Positions 52,089 through 64,000 of a DNA stretch of 64,000 nt are shown in pieces. This DNA comes from Takakia lepidozioides. Its lineage: Eukaryota > Plantae > Bryophyta. A program made the translations under genes and the position numbers. The stretch covers positions 11,780,001 to 11,844,000 of the forward strand of contig CM060733.1 of the NCBI GenBank assembly GCA_030704615.1, written 5' to 3'. The notes below the pieces were generated by a model. The model made no database searches and had not been told where the DNA came from. It saw only the letters and a list, made by a program, of their open reading frames with translations. Numbering within the stretch: position 1 is the first letter of the stretch; every line of letters starts with the position of its first letter.

Positions 52089-54827
52089 ATGATTGATTGT
52101 TCTGAGCGGGCTGAGTGCTTAGAGATATCCAACTCTTCTATCTTGGAGTTTCCACCTCGGATAGCGAAGGGATGGGTGAGTAAAAGCCGCTCAACAAAGA
52201 CCAGTAGCACGAAAATTGCTGATGGTGTTCGTGTACGATACGTCCTGTGTGCGGGGAAGCTGAGGTGCCTCAATCCCGCCTACTTCCACTTTCTCTCCAA
52301 AGGAGGGCGGAGAAACAAGACGGATTGGACTGGCACAACCCATCATCCATTCATTATCTCTAGCAAAGCTCCGGCAGGTACTTTCAAGTGCGCACGTTGC
52401 AATGAACCACCGACGTGCATGTCCATGTGCAGAGCCAAGCAATATTATGTAATCCATTTGCTCCCGGACTTGACTAGAGCTTGCATACACGTTGGGGTCC
52501 ACTGCCACCCCTTGGCAAGAGGCAACATCCGTGAGGCTGTGCAGGAAGCACACGACATCATAAAAGAGAAGGTGAAATTGAGCCCCGGAGCCAGACCAAA
52601 GCAGATTCAGCTCAAGGCAGCCCACAAGATTGCTCTTGGCAAAATCATGTCTGAAGATGGAAATGACCAAGTGCCTTTGAACGAAGAGGAGATGCTTGAC
52701 CTGTTGGAGTCCGTCTCGCACGTTTGTAGTCCGAATGTGCAGAATCACATCGTATCTTGCAAGCAGGAGTTCGGCCAAGGGTTGGACATGCACTCAATCC
52801 TGTAGGTGAAACGAATGATTGGATATGACTACATCCAAGGTAGCAAATTTCCAGGGCAAGGCAGCGAATCCGATCGTTGTTACATTTTTAAAATGTCGAC
52901 GTGTGAGCCTGGGAGTGGAGTCGACTTGGTCACTCGCATGACAACTGGAAACTTGTCGAATGCTTGGGTGATGTTTGACCACATCAAGCGAATTACAAAT
53001 CATCAGTGGGTGACCATGGGTGCGCATGTTTATGACTATCACTCCAAGAGGCTCATGACGATTGCAATCTATGAGATGAAAGGGGAGGACACGCAGTCAG
53101 AGATGCATCTGTGGGAGGGCATAAACGACCAGATGGCAAGGGCGGGTTTGCCAGAGCCCAATTTCAGGGGATTCATGGCAGACAACGCTCAGACCAACTG
53201 GGCAGCGGTGCGGTGTGTGTACGGTGAGGACCCCAATGTTCCAATGGAGGGGAAAGAGAGATCATGTGGATTCCATCGGATGCAAAGTCTATCTCACTAC
53301 ACTACCAAATTTGTTGCTAGCTCATTCCAAGCTGAACACCGTGTTCTTTGTACGGCGTGGAAGGATGCACCCACATTGGATGACGCGGAGGTTAAGATTG
53401 CTAGCATCGAGGCTTGGTGGAGCACGTCAGGTGCAGTGGAGACAACCAATTTGGGAGCCTTGGCACAACTGGTTGGGGTGTTGGATTTCCTTATCGACAG
53501 TTCGGACAGTGCATGCGGGAGGTATGATGCCAAACTTTTCCTGCAATTGTCACTCTATTACGGACCTTTCCATTGGTCCCTCACCATTGTTTCTGTCCTT
53601 GTAGGAACGGTGCTTGGGTTCCGACACGGACATGCCGAACGAATATGGTAGAATCAGTCCACTCCTCCTAGCGAGCGTCTTCTGCCGCACATCTGGTGGA
53701 CGTAGTGACGGCCACAACGGAGGACATCGACAGAGCAATCATGCAGCAAGCCACGTACTACAAGTTCCTGAGCGGGAAACAATGGGGATTTGGGCCGGAC
53801 AGGGAGGAATTGTTGGTACATTCGGACATCACCTCGAGGTCCCGTCATGTTGCCGCACAATGTGTCTTCCAGCAGTGGAAGCCCAAGAGTTTCCAGATCG
53901 CCATCGCCTTCAAGCGGGGATTCCGTGCGAGAAATTCCCACCGCTCGCTTGCCCCAGATTCCGCCCGCTGTTATGCAATATGGCCAAGCCATTGTGGAGA
54001 CGACTGTGTCTGCGTCACAGTGGAGAATTGCTCGCACAAAGCCGGCGTTTTGAGGCAGGTGTTCTGCAATTCGAGTGGATACACGGCAACGTTGTTTAGA
54101 GATGATAAAGAGGAATCCTACTTTCACAGGAAGATTTGTCCATGCAAAGTTTACCGAGGCGACAACCACCTAGTTCTGGTTCTGCAGGCACGACATTATG
54201 ACTTGCGTGTATGGAAAGCCCAAGTATGGCATGCAAACAATGCCAGAGGCTCCCCTGGTGTGGCCGGTGGAACCAGGCTGCGATCTGAGTCAGGTTGAGG
54301 CCGACGCCCTTACTGCCGCAGGATTTCGGATGGTGCAGCGCACTGACGTCCCTAAACAATCATTTCCGCTTCCACAGCCTCCACCACCGACCCCTGTGAG
54401 AGCAAGAACAATGGGACGCGACAACTCTAAGCATCCTACACACCGTTGGGGGAAACCGAAGAGGTGACGACCTCCCTCAAAAGTGAACGAGACAAGGATG
54501 GGGAATGCACTTCAGATGAACTGTACAATCCAGAGCTCGACAGAAGTGCCCCCACCAGGCTTCGGGCGTGTGTATCAGATGGCCACGGCAGGCTCAGCTA
54601 TTTGCAATGAGGTGTACACCATCACCATTTCAGAATTACCCACCTGCAATTGCACCGACTTCCAGATGGCGAAGAAGGGGGCATCATACTGCCCTTGCAC
54701 GCATCTGTACTACATGTACCTAAAGAGACTCCGGTGTAATTCCACAACTCCTCACTTCATACATGCACCAGGGTTGAGCCCCCAAGAGGTGTACACTTTT
54801 CTGAATATGGATCCAGGGGACCAGTGA
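52089..54827 (+). mobile_element. Mutator-like (MULE) transposase pseudogene with GCM-like Zn finger and C-terminal SWIM
   Basis: C.G.L.C...C..C...C...IHVGVHCHP (GCM/WRKY-like); WVMFD...GFMADN...CGFH (DDE core with CxxH); TCNCTDF...CPCTHL (SWIM). In-frame TAG at 52803-52805. No TIR identified. Confidence 0.75.
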
Positions 54828-55904
54828 GCTTGGCTTGCGGGCCAAAACACAATGTTACACCCATCCTTTTCGGAGTTTCAGTTATTGTAGAACTGTACTG
54901 CTACAAGTACCTCTGACTTTGGCCACACAAAGGTTCGACTTATGTCTCTCCTACCAGTAACATGTTTTGCTCGGACTAAGATAATACTATGTCCTTCACT
55001 TCTGTTTCCACATGCTTGTATTTTTGTTTGTTGGAGGGTTCTTGTTTTTCTGCTCTCCCAAACTTTGCTTTCCTCATTCCATCCCCGGCAAGGAAATGCG
55101 GCGCCGCATTTCCAAGTAACGCCGTAGGTACTGGTAGTTGCGGCCTTCGTCATAGCAAGATAGTCGCACCCAGTCTTCAGGGAGCCGACCGTCGCCAACA
55201 GCGAACCCCCTAGAAATTTCGCACGTGCGAACCATAATGCGGCACCACATTTCCCAGTTGACTCGCAAACCTTTCCCACCGAATACCCGAAGATGATATA
55301 ATTGTGAAGTACTGCAGATTCTATTGGTGCAAACTCTATTCGTTCAATCGCGGCAGAAGGGTCAGCTTCATTCCAATGTTAAGGCATGTAAAACCGCGGA
55401 ATACTCTATACATGCCAGTATGCGACGTCATTTTGCCGTGGTATCCTGGATTTCTCGTTGCACGGTCACTCATTTCCATGAGCGGATCTAAAAAACCATG
55501 AGCGGAGTTATTACTGACGACATATCTTCGCCGCATTACAGGATCTGGAACTTCCAAAAACGGCAAGGTCAAATAAAAAACTATTATTCTAATACTTGTT
55601 TAATCTGCCGCATTTCCAAATTTGGAGGAGTCCGCTCATGAAAACCGCGTGTCTTAGACTCCGGCTCACCGCTCATGCGGCTCATGCGGCTCATGGCTCA
55701 TGGCTCATGCTTTCTGATCATGAAATAGTAAACCTCGGAGCAATGACAACCTTGGACTTCACCATGAATGATCACGCAGCTCACTAGCACACACCGCAAC
55801 AGGTAGATATATTGTAGAGAGAGCACTGAGGACACAAAGTTGCAAAGGCTCTACAGGGCATTGCATACTACGAGCTAGGAACGTTCAACGTCTGTTCGGC
55901 TGTC

Positions 55905-58900
55905 ATGGTGCATGAGCCACGCATGCGATTACGAGATGACAGACTATGGTGACTCGAGGAGGCGTACGCCATATCAAATGGGAACAAGAAAATGCTTTGC
56001 AATTGCACTGAATGTCATGGATCCAAATTGCAGTTGTTGGAGACAGTGAGGAAGCACTACCTCAAACATAAGAGGGATCCAACTTTGCGCAGCTGTACTA
56101 TTCCGGTACATCCACAGGAAGTACACTGTCCTTCAGGATTTAGCAATCTCCAAGTTTGAATTTTGAAACCATTTTGGTGTGGTAGTACCATAGTAGTAGC
56201 CATGACTTCACCACTCCACATGTCAAAAGTTGATTGACGAGCTGTAGTCATGTAGTTGTGTCTATGACTGCCCCTTTATACACATGTCGATATGTCGTTG
56301 GCTAGTTGTAGTCGTGTAGTCATAAACACATATAGGAACACGACTACGTCACTAGAACTATCTGCCTTGTGTCACAAAGTCGTTGCTCAAATCGAAGTGA
56401 TGAAGTGATAGCCGTGACTACATTTGTCCACATGTCATAATCTGTATATACTATGAATGAACCGTGGGAAACACGGGATGCAGGGACATGCTGATTCTGA
56501 TGACGAGGAGAATCGAGCTGAGTTTGGGCTGGTGCCTAATCAGAGGGAGAACAATACGGATCATGAAGGTGGTGTGGAGACAGAAATTCAACGAGCATTG
56601 CAGGAAGCTTTTGAGTTTGCGGATGCAAACAGAGAGGATCCCATTAATGATGGAACTCGGGCTGAAGACAGCCCCAACAACGAAGGATCCATGGACAATG
56701 CAGAGAATGCAGAAAATGGCCCAAACCTGGAGTCACGGAGTTGACCCCAATTATGATACGCTATTTCCACAATCTCAGTGTAAACTCTACGAAGGGAGCT
56801 CGATCAGCCGATTTGAAGCTACTTTGCACTTGCTCAACTTGTGCACCACCCACAAGTGCACCAATGGCTTTGTGGATGAGCTTCTTGGATTGTTGCGCAA
56901 AAGTTTTTTGCCGAAACAGAATTCTCTGCCAAAAACTATGAAGCTAGAACTATGATTGCGAAGATGGGATTGCAGTACACCTAGATCCATGCCTGCGAGA
57001 AAGGTTGTGTACTCTTCTGTGGGGAGAATGAAAAAGCATATTTTTGCCCGGAGTGCAAGATGTCGCGTTACATTCCTGGTCGTGGGACTGTACCCGGAAA
57101 AATACTACGATATTTCCCTGTCATCCCAAGGTTGAAACTCATATATCGATGCAAATCAATCGTGCACCTTATGACATGGCACTTCAGACATAAGAGTCAG
57201 GATGGATTGGTTCGACATCCAGCTGATAGCAAAGCCTGGGCCCACGTTGACTCCACATTTGCGGATTTTGCTTCAGAACCACGAAATGTACGATTAGGAT
57301 TAGCCTTAGATGGAGTAAATCCATACAGTGCTCAATCCACGAGTTGGAGCACATGGCCCATCCTGTTGGTCAACTATAATTTGCCTCCATGGTTGATGAC
57401 AAAGAAGTTTTTCGTCATGTTAGCACTCCTTATCCCTGGAAAGGAGTCTGTTACATTTGCAAACATTGATGTGTATTTGATGCCCCTAGTAGAGGAGCTA
57501 CAGGAATTGTGGAGAGGCATCATAGCTTATGATGTTTCCCAAGCTCTCCAACAACGCCAATTCTTGCTACGGGCATTGCTGCTATGGTCAATCCATGATT
57601 ACCCTGCATATGGCTTGCTCATAGGTCAGGTTACTAAAGGTTATGCTGGTTGTCCAACCTGTGGACCCGAGGTGGATCCACAGCATTTACATGCATGTTC
57701 GAAGACTATGTTCCTGGGCCATCGGAGATTTCTTGCCCACAACCATATGTATAGAAGATCAAGATTGTTCAATGGTGCTATTGAGCATAGAGTGGCTCCA
57801 CAAACACAGACGGGAACACAAATAAATGAACGTGTAATTGACCTGATTGCATGGATAGCAACACGGGGGAAACCAGATACGCCATCAAACCCTTCCAAAT
57901 CTCACGGAGTGAAGCGATTATCAATCTTATATGCCTTGTCTTACTGGGAGGGCCTCCTCATACGACATACGTTTGATGCTATGCATTGCGAGAAGAACTT
58001 TGCAGATAATATCATTAAGACAATTTTTGGGGAGAAAGATACATTGAAGGTTTGGCGTGATCTTGAATTACTTGGGCTGCGTCCATCATTGTGGTTGCAA
58101 CGACATCCAGACAGGGCAAGTACGTTAATCATGCCTCTTGCTCCTTATGTTCTGACTGAAGCTGAGTTGAAAGTTTTCTTGGACACTGTGCGAAACCAAA
58201 GTACCCACAGGATATGCATCAGCTTTCAAAAAACATGTGGTAAAGAAAAAACTATCTGGCATGAAATCACATGATTACCATGTGTTCATGCACCAAATTT
58301 TACCGTTGGCTATTTGTGGGCTCATGGCAACAGGTGTGCGCACTACGATTTTGCGAGTATGTCGTGTATTTAGGAGGTTGTGTGCAAAAGTAGTGAATCC
58401 TGCAGAGTATGAGGAGTTGAAACATGAAGCAATTATTACTCTCTGTCTAATGGAGAAAGAGCTCCCACCATCATTCTTTGATGTGATGACATATCTGTTT
58501 GTCCACCTAGGGGACGAGCTCGATTTATGTGGTCCTGTGGCTTCACGTTGGATGTACCCCATGGAGCGGGCAATGAAAGAAATTAAGAGGTACGTCCGGA
58601 ACATGGCAAAACCCGAGGGCAGCATGGCTCAAGGATACATTTTTTATGAAGCTCTAGGATTTTGCACGGAGTATATGGTAGGATACGATGGAACCGCATG
58701 AAGGGTGTGGGATACAGATGAGGAAGAATCTGTGGCCGGCGTAGTTTTGGAAGGAGGCGGCAAACCTTGGAAATTGGGTGACTTGCATGCTATTGTACAC
58801 GATTACATCATTCAAAATCATCAAGCCTATCCGATATGTTGAAGTAAGTCCTCACCCTTTCAGATCTGAATATTTTGTTGATTTGATCTTTTTGTACTGC

Positions 58901-59560
58901 CCCATGCTTAATTTGTGTTGTGGGACAATCATCCATTTGTGTGGACCCCTTCATATTTCCTGGCACAAATGTCGAGGCTATTTAGCCATTTGCTGCTTGG
59001 TTGCCAAATGTTGTACGGGAACATCTATATGGAATTCAAGAACATGTGCTTGAAGATGGCGTACGACAAAAATTACTGGATCTTTCAAGACCCCCATCAT
59101 ATTATGCCTTGACATACACGAGTATGTCAGGATATGGCAACCATTACAGGGCTACATCCCTAGGCATGAACACATCGAGTATGGCATCCTTTGATTGTGG
59201 AGTCTCATCAGTTTTCAAGCATGAGACAGAATCTGTACCGTATGTGGGTCTTATCAGGGAGATTTTGCAAATTGACTATGGCACTACACGGCCTGTGGTG
59301 TTTTTGTGCTCCTGGGTACAGGCCCAAAATGTGGGTCGTCAACCCAGATCAATGAAGGAAGATGATTGTGGCTTCACGTTGGTCAATTTCAATCAAATGC
59401 TACCACCTTCTGAACAACCTTTTGTATTGCCAGTACAGGTTGATCAAGTCTTTTTCTCTGAATGTGTGAAGGAACGACAATGGAAAGCTGTATTAGAGAA
59501 GAGCCCCTGATCACGGAGAGTGGTGTGTGATATCTCAATTTCTATTGATAATCTGACAAG
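55905..59560 (+). mobile_element. CACTA/EnSpm transposase #2 (Transpos_assoc, Transposase_21, DUF4218, DUF4216), disrupted
   Basis: CNC..C...TVRKH; HPADSKAW...RLGLALDGVNPY...IHDYPAYG...GHRRFL...DAMHCEKN; GMKSHDYH...GPV..RWMYPMER; YVGLIREIL..DY...GFTLVN...PFVLP.Q..QVFF. Confidence 0.95.
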
Positions 59561-59930
59561 AGTTGAAGGCTTGTTAGCTATCCTGCAAACCTGGCCCTGT
59601 GCATCTTCACCCCTTCTACCACTCAGAATCGCTCACATCTGCTGTCGCCATTGAGTGGTCAGATTGTTGAGAGACCTGTAAGACCATTCCAGTGGAACAT
59701 CAGTTGGCTTGCTCCCCACCCCCTCTCTAGCTTGCAATTGAATCATAATCTTATCTAGTTTTTTTCTCTCATCTCCAGGAGAATGACCCGCTATCACATG
59801 ATAGTACTGCAATTCTGCCAAAACCTTACGATGTCAGGCTATGGCTGTCATCGTAGCCTCCACACCAATGTATGGATGTGTCCTTCATGAGCAACAATAC
59901 GCCAAGTTTGCCTTCACCCTGCCCTAACCA
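59560..59930 (-). pseudogene. Possible CACTA accessory (TnpA/Ptta-like) exon, antisense to the transposase
   Basis: Coding-like helical segment (LAELQYYH...LNNLTTQWRQQM); weak resemblance only. Confidence 0.25.
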
Positions 59931-61047
59931 CAAAACGAAATTAAAGAATTCCAGTCAACTATGACCAACATGGGAGGTTTTGGGTGGTTCGAAGCTATTT
60001 CATGAGTAAAACACTTACACCACTTGGTTGTGGTGGAAGACCTACAATTATACCATATCCTACACATCGCTTACTTGTGGTGGCAATCTTGCAATCCAAT
60101 ATCCACAAGTAGGCAGATTTATTTCGTCTTGACCAAGCTGTGATGGCAAGCCTATGGCATCTCAGGAAAAGCAAAGCATTAGAGAGGTGAGTTCAAACAA
60201 TCGTGCAATTAGTTTTCAGCCCACTGAGCTAGTGAGGAAGTGCCAAGTATACGACTTCTGTGTCACACATTAGTGGAAAAATAAACCAACACCAACTTTC
60301 ACATCCCTCATCCCATTAGAGTTTTGCCAACTTCACTGCCTCCCTGGAATCCCCCCTCGTGAAAAAGCAAATATAAAGCAAATTCCCAAAGACATGTTTA
60401 CCAGTGATATATGTCTCACTGGTAGTCGTTGAGAAACAAGGCTCTTAAGCTTTGCCCACAAACTCAACATCAAATACGAGTGTTGAATTGGGGGGTTTGA
60501 CACACAACCCTGCAATCGAGCAACTTCTCACGGTTTAGAAGAGAAGGAAGAGAATTGAAGGGAACTATGTGGTTCAGGGCTGGATTAAATGGGGCAGCTT
60601 AGCATCAGATGGGCCTTGGGTTGCTGCCTACGACCGCCAATTATGGCGGTCGTTATTTCTTTTTTAATTTCGAAAAACAAAGCGACCGCCATAATTGGCG
60701 GTCGCGTTCATTTGTTAATTTTCAAAATGTATTTGTCACCGCCACCGTGTCGGCAACGTGGCTGCTTAAGTTGCAATATTTTATCTGGTACTATTTTTAT
60801 CAGAATATTCCCCGAACCTGACGTGACGGAGGTCTTGTAAGAGTCAGGTCTGCCGTGAAACAGAGAATAAGGCATGCTACTGGAGGCATATCAATCGCTG
60901 AGGCTATGTGCTTCCCCAGCCATAGCTTAGCAGAAAAGATCATGATGCCCGTGATATGTTTGAGAAGCCTGGTACACCAGATTCAGGTATGCATGATTCG
61001 TTGGGGAATTCACATGGGGAGATAAGACAGATGCTACGACATTTCAA

Positions 61048-61440
61048 TTGGTTGTGCATCCCACTGGGGCTGATATGTTGAAGCCAGATGAGCATTTACA
61101 GTCTCCCCCACCTCGCAAGCACTTGCTAGTTCTGGATGTGAATGGATTGCTATGTGAATCCATTCATGTTGCTAGTGGTCCAACAACTGTTCCCAAAGGA
61201 TTTGTGGGGAAGTTGTGTGGGAAAAAAATGGTAGTTTTGACACCCAGCTGTATTTCTTTTTTGCAAAAGAGTTTTGCACACTTTGAGGTGGCAATGTGGT
61301 CTTGTTGCAAAGCTTGCAACTTCATTTTGATGGTGGACTTTATTTTCAAAGGGCACACTAATCTTATTTTCCAGTGGGATGCCCTTTACTGTGAAGAGCT
61401 TAGTGACCCATTGGCTAGGGGGGCTGATGCAAAGCCCATA
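61048..61440 (+). pseudogene. FCP1/NIF HAD-family phosphatase-like fragment
   Basis: PRKHLLVLDVNGLL...P.CISFL...F..FEVAMWS...IFQWD...C matches the plant FCP1-homology (DxNG) subfamily; C-terminal half missing. Confidence 0.75.
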
Positions 61441-61675
61441 TATTTGGGATATATCCGGAGCCATGGAAAATGCGATCATCAGGGCCAAAAGATGGCTGAA
61501 AGGCCCCAAGCTTTCCAACTAAATCCAATGCACTACCTTACCTGAAGCAAAGCGCTTCAGGTCGAAACAAACAAGAACACGAGGTCACAAGGCCGACATT
61601 TAGTCACAAAGACATTAATGTACTCCCGTTTCAAGTCCACCCAATGTCAATAGGCTTCCTAGAGGACAGGGGGAT

Positions 61676-61676
<1 letters not shown>

Positions 61677-61733
<57 letters not shown>

Positions 61734-62400
61734 CTCATAAGACGTTGTTTGTCGTAGCTTTGTGGCCATTGACCCCGCGCCCAGTTTGAGCGGGAACAAA
61801 AGGGACAGAACCTACCTCTGTCAGGGGCTGACGTTGGTAGTAAGACTTACCTCCATATAAAAAATTAATCCGGGTTTTCCAGATATCCTCTACAAATCCC
61901 TTCACACAAGCATCAATCTGCTATGTGTGATTTGCCCAAAAACTAGGCCTCAGGAGGGCCTGGGCTTTTGGCTCAGCCTCGAGACTTTCAAAGTTGGTAA
62001 ACAGGGGTACAGGCACAATTCCCTTAATAGATTTGAAGAGAGCGTCTCTTTGGTGAGAGAACCCCGGACAGTGTATCAGAAAATCAATACTGTCTTCAGA
62101 TTGCCCACACAACGGGCAATTGCACTCTCCCTTTCCTCTCTGCTTCTGTTTGATGTTCAAAGGTAGGCTTCCTGCCCTGAGTTTAAATTTCAGTCTAGTG
62201 CCGAGAGTGGGTAGACCCTTGAGGTCATCCAAGATGTCCTCCCCCATGTCACAGACTGGAAACAAGTTCAGGGAAGTTTTTTGCCTAACTTCATTTTCAT
62301 CAGACAATCTCATGGCAATCACTTCATCCCAAAGTCTTATGTGTTGTGGCCGTTCTTGGAGAGGGCAAGCAAGACTCCAAGTATTTCATAGTTTCTGAAG
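61677..62400 (-). mobile_element. 5'-truncated RTE/RTEX-like LINE with (TC)n(TA)n tail
   Basis: KLRAGSLPL...CNCPLCGQSEDSIDFLIHCPGF...R C-terminal Zn finger; the 3' UTR ends GTCTTATGAGTACAATC into the microsatellite. 5' boundary uncertain. Confidence 0.7.
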
Positions 62401-62639
62401 TCTGAGCCTCTCTTTGGACAACAGCCCTACAATTCTGCTCAGTGTAATCGTCAGAAGGTACAACAATGTACTGTAAGTCTGGTCCACATTTGGAATTCTT
62501 GGGTTGCTTGTGAATTGCATGAGCTCTGGGTTTCTCTTGATAGCTGCAGCCCCCCTCCCGGTACTTAAGTACCGTAATGCTTGGACCTCCGTAGTCTAGC
62601 GTGCATGGTATTTTCACTCATTATTTTTGCTGGTGGGTG

Positions 62640-62915
62640 CTGGGATGACAGTTTAAGGTGGGAGACCAAGTTCGGCTCCTTAACGTGATGTCCAAACGGA
62701 CCAAGGTTGGATCGGGGATTATATGTTCTCTGTAAGGCTGCAAGGTAAGTGAGGGCTACCCTGATGTGCCAGCTGAGTATGCGGCTATATACATCAAAGA
62801 GGCATCCATCACTAATGCTCTTTTACCATATCTCAACGATGTTAAGAAACATATTGTGTTGGGGGATGTGGTAGGAAGCACCACACTTTGGAGTTTGAAG
62901 CTACTGAGACATGAG
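62640..62915 (+). pseudogene. CACTA ORF2 C-terminal (TNP1/DUF8039-like) fragment
   Basis: FKVGDQVRLL...KVGSGII...AIYIKEASITNALLPY....LGDVVGSTTLW resembles the VA.G....V.V....a.LP.p...lgda.G..i.W pattern. Confidence 0.5.
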
Positions 62916-63429
62916 GTTTAAGAAGTTCTACTGCTTTGTTTTACTTCTAGCAGTATCTGTTCAATCTAGTTTTTTTTCCAGGTAAGTGCTTAGCGACATT
63001 GTGCTTGAACAATGAAGCATATAATGTGAATTTATATACAAAGACTAATTCGAACACCACATGAATGTGTGTGCTGTAATTGTGATGTTGTTGTTTCTAT
63101 GGATGGCATGTTTGATTGTAGTTGTCTTTCAGACTGTATGATATTGGTGCTTCTGTCAGTCTATGCAATGGGGTTGGTGGTAGAATCTTTCTTGGTCACA
63201 CTTTGCAATTGCTAGCAGGGTTGGGGGTCCACTCTTTGGTCATTGGAAGATTAATGCAGGCTCTCCTTCCCTGTAGAGGGGGTGTGTCTTGATATAGAGG
63301 GCCAATTGCTTTGCCAATTGCTATGCTTATGAGAGCTCCACATGGTTTGTTTATATTTCATATTAATTTATTTTAATTTACTATTTAAATTAGTCATTTG
63401 AAATTGAAAATATATAACAAATTTTAAAA

Positions 63430-64000
63430 TCTACATGACCTACACGTGTCATTCACACATACTCCAACAAGACCACATGACATCTGTAGTGTTGTAGTGA
63501 TATAGTCACACTTTTAGTAATGTAGTCATACATGTATTCAGGAAATGTGCCACGTGTCATCCTCAACGATGTACTGAGTAGTTATGTAGTCAATAGTGTA
63601 GTCACACAATGTAGTCATGTAGTCATAAAGTTACGCCTACATCACTATACTCCATCCCACGATTTGGACACGTGTCATAGTAGAGGGTTACGTATGTCAC
63701 GCAGACAACTGTCCATATGGGCGGACTTCTGTAGTAATGTAGTTATCATGGTAGTCATGACATGTAGTCGTGTAGTCGTGTAGTCCACTGTACCATATGG
63801 AGATGAATACACATGTCAAATCCCAAGGATCCCACGTGTCACGCACAAGCCTCTCCATGTAGGCGTAATGTTGTAGTGATGTAGTCATAACTTACAGTCG
63901 TGTAGTTATTTTTGTTATGACTACATCACCAAACCCTGCATCACTATTCCATGCCACGTCCTTAGTGACGACCATGGCTTCGCACTTATCACTCCGTAGT
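63430..64000. repeat. Array of TGTAGTC/GACTACA motifs, likely CACTA subterminal repeats
   Basis: About ten TGTAGTC(A/G)-type motifs in both orientations; the same motif clusters at 56240-56430. The window ends ...CCGTAGT. Confidence 0.6.

Noticed and set aside
63990-64000. Right CACTA TIR at the window end (...CCGTAGT)
   Set aside because: Needs the next base and a matching left CACTAC terminus, which I could not find.

Overview
Eukaryotic land-plant nuclear DNA, probably a non-seed plant (inferred from the gene and transposon families; the organism is not determinable here). The left half holds two intact genes: a 7-exon clade-E-type GH28 polygalacturonase whose catalytic motifs are degenerate, and an intronless At5g07670-like F-box/LRR gene. 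It also holds a disrupted intronless gene whose motifs I recall from uncharacterised fungal proteins and which contains an R3H-like module (candidate fungus-to-plant transfer), a DYW-deaminase relic, and a polyamine oxidase split by a local duplication into two complementary fragments in permuted order. The rest is a dense transposon nest: a tRNA-derived SINE with TSD, L1/Tx1 and RTE-like LINEs, hAT and pogo-like MITEs, TTAA-flanked piggyBac-like MITEs, two CACTA transposases (next to SET-like and FCP1-phosphatase-like fragments), a chromodomain Ty3/gypsy element fused head-to-head to the remnant of a second LTR element, and a MULE transposase with a GCM-like finger and SWIM domain. Protein family calls come from motif recognition only; no searches were run. 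Several frameshifts sit in homopolymers and may be assembly errors.
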